Shown here in pieces: positions 62,387-64,000 of a stretch of 64,000 nucleotides of DNA (positions within the stretch are counted from its first letter, which is position 1; each line of letters starts with the position of its first letter). A program made the translations under genes and the position numbers. A model generated the notes under the pieces. The model was not told the origin of the DNA, did no database searches, and worked only from the letters and a program-made list of their open reading frames with translations. Origin of the DNA: Monocercomonoides exilis PA203 (Eukaryota; Protista; Preaxostyla). The stretch covers positions 434,001 through 498,000 of the forward strand of contig LSRY02000027.1 of NCBI GenBank assembly GCA_001643675.2. The letters run 5' to 3'.

Positions 62387-62423
<37 letters not shown>

Positions 62424-62640
62424 CGCGCTCTTTTAAAAACATTGATTTGAAAATCCTTTATTATCAGAATCGAAAAAACAAAATGTGCAGTTATTTTTAA
62501 TCGCCACTTTTTCCATTTTTCAACACACTTTTGCAATGATTATATCAAAATTTATTCTCACTATCTTTTTTGGAAAAATGAGCAACATCAGTTTGCACAT
62601 TCTAATTAAGATGTTGATATTTTTGAAATGTATTTTACAG

Positions 62641-62707
62641 AAATCCCATTGAGAAAAAAATTCTGATCTGATCTCAAACGAAAGTTTGATTTCAAAAAGG
62701 ATCAAGT
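62641..62707. repeat. Degenerate solo arm related to the 63463-63668 foldback element
   Basis: aaatcccattgaga...ctcaaacgaaagtttgatttcaaaaaggatca aligns with right arm aaatccctttaaga...ctcgaacaaaagtgtgatttcaaaaagcatca. Confidence 0.6.
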
Positions 62708-62789
62708 ATTTTTTCCTCCAACTAGTTTAACAAGAGTAACAAAATAATGAATAAAAAAGGCAAGTATCTTTTCATTAAAAAATGTTTGC

Positions 62790-63051
62790 ATATGGGTATT
62801 TTTTTTGAAATCATAAAATATATCGGAGTGCTGATTTATCAAATGTTGTTTATTATTGAATAGAGATTTTATATATAAATGATAAATTTCATCAAAACCA
62901 TTTCAAATACAAATGTTTAAGATGAAATAAAGAAAAACATTTGTTTGATATGAATGTTCACTTTTCAGGGATCATTTTCAAATATTCAGATGGAAATTTT
63001 TTTTGGTATTTTTTGATAGAAAAAATTGATTTCAAAAATAATAACCCATAT
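62790..63051. mobile_element. ~260-bp MITE with ~25-bp imperfect TIRs (second copy of the 15311-15565 family)
   Basis: ATATGGGTATTTTTTTTGAAATCA ... TGATTTCAAAAATAATAACCCATAT. Confidence 0.7.
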
Positions 63052-63099
63052 CGTTTCTCAAAATTCTATAATAATTGCATGCACAACTTTGAAATCGAG

Positions 63100-63260
63100 T
63101 GAGCTGAAAAAAGAATGATGAATGGAGAAGAAACAGAAGAAGAGAATGTTTAGGGAAGATTGCTTCGATTGCTGGAACTTTCCTTTTGAGACCATCAATT
63201 GCGAAATGAACAACATTCTGAGTTTATTGGCAGTATTGTTTAGATGTTTCGATCAGTAAT
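63100..63260 (+). pseudogene. Fragment of the 12430-13845 family
   Basis: Translates EENV*GRLLRLLELSF*DHQLRNEQHSEFIGSIV*MFR, colinear with the WREREKDEKV..RWFRMLWICF...SNELTKLVACIMRLCR segment; contains stops. Confidence 0.5.
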
Positions 63261-63462
63261 TAATCTTCTCACAAAAATAGGCTAAAATGCAACAACTTGG
63301 AAAGGAATAACTTATAAGATCTGTTGAAGACAAATTCTTGTCAGGGAGACCATTGTCACATTAAAAAAAATGTTGTTCCAGACGACTTTTTTGATTTTCA
63401 AAAATTCAACAAAAAATTCATTCACTCATTTGCGAAAAACAATGGGACAAATATATGAATAT

Positions 63463-63668
63463 GGCTGACACTTTTTGAAATCACACTTTCGTTCGAGTTT
63501 TGATCAAAAAAATATTCTTAAAGGGATATTAGAAATAAATTTGTTTTAATAATAATAACATCGTAAACTATATGTATTATCAGTTTTAGTTCAATTTTAC
63601 TAAATCCCTTTAAGAGAATTTTTTTGATCAAAACTCGAACAAAAGTGTGATTTCAAAAAGCATCAGCC
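63463..63668. mobile_element. 206-bp foldback/MITE with ~70-bp terminal inverted repeats
   Basis: GGCTGACACTTTTTGAAATCACACTTTCGTTCGAGTTTTGATCAAAAAAAT...AAGGGA and its reverse complement ending ...GATTTCAAAAAGCATCAGCC. Confidence 0.8.
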
Positions 63669-63745
63669 TTTTTTCTTTTTTCTTTTCTTTTATTTTTTCT
63701 TTCTTTTCTTTTTTCTTTTCTTTTCTTTTTTTTCTTTTCTTTCTT

Positions 63746-63781
<36 letters not shown>

Positions 63782-63797
63782 CTTTTTCTTTTTTTTT
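63669..63797 (+). repeat. TTTTC/poly-T tract
   Basis: Seen directly; a second poly-T run lies at ~62390-62423. Confidence 0.9.
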
Positions 63798-64000
63798 ATG
63801 AATATAACTAACATCATATTAAACGGTTAAGGAATATTCACAACAAAATAATCTTAAATAATCTATCAAATAATAAAAGTCCATGCAGATTGAGGGAATT
63901 GAATATTTTTTCCCCTTCACTCACAACTATTTTATAATAATAAAACGCCAGCAAAGAAAGGGTCATTGAAAGAAAGACAGACCGATCACGAGTTTTTCCA

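Noticed and set aside
62390-62423. Poly-T as a retroposon tail
   Set aside because: No target-site duplication or recognisable SINE/LINE body.

Overview
This is eukaryotic DNA: AT-rich, gene-dense, with short GT-AG introns (donors often GTTTGT/GTATG) and the standard genetic code (genes end in TAA, TAG and TGA). The lineage-specific gene families suggest an oxymonad/metamonad protist, probably Monocercomonoides-like (inference from recalled family features, not a database hit). The window holds two giant single-pass receptor-like genes with beta-helix-type ectodomains and a truncated pseudokinase tail, plus histone H2A, two identical inverted H3 genes, RPL18, ciliary genes CFAP96, CFAP77 and CFAP47, two PHO80-like cyclins, an SDF2/MIR protein, a GH14 beta-amylase, an EF-hand protein, a CH-domain protein and a TOM1/GPR137-like 7TM protein. 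It also has one intact and two decayed copies of a lineage-specific family, and several MITE/foldback elements. The most notable observations are: (i) a 588-bp perfect inverted H3 duplication bracketing a 5.85-kb three-gene segment; (ii) an H3 tail lacking S10/T11; (iii) a variable-ectodomain, conserved-pseudokinase receptor architecture; (iv) a near-perfect 359-bp TA-flanked palindrome within a MITE cluster; (v) candidate promoter motifs shared by the histone genes and by the ciliary genes; (vi) a 30-bp head-to-head gene spacing. All exon structures were inferred by eye.
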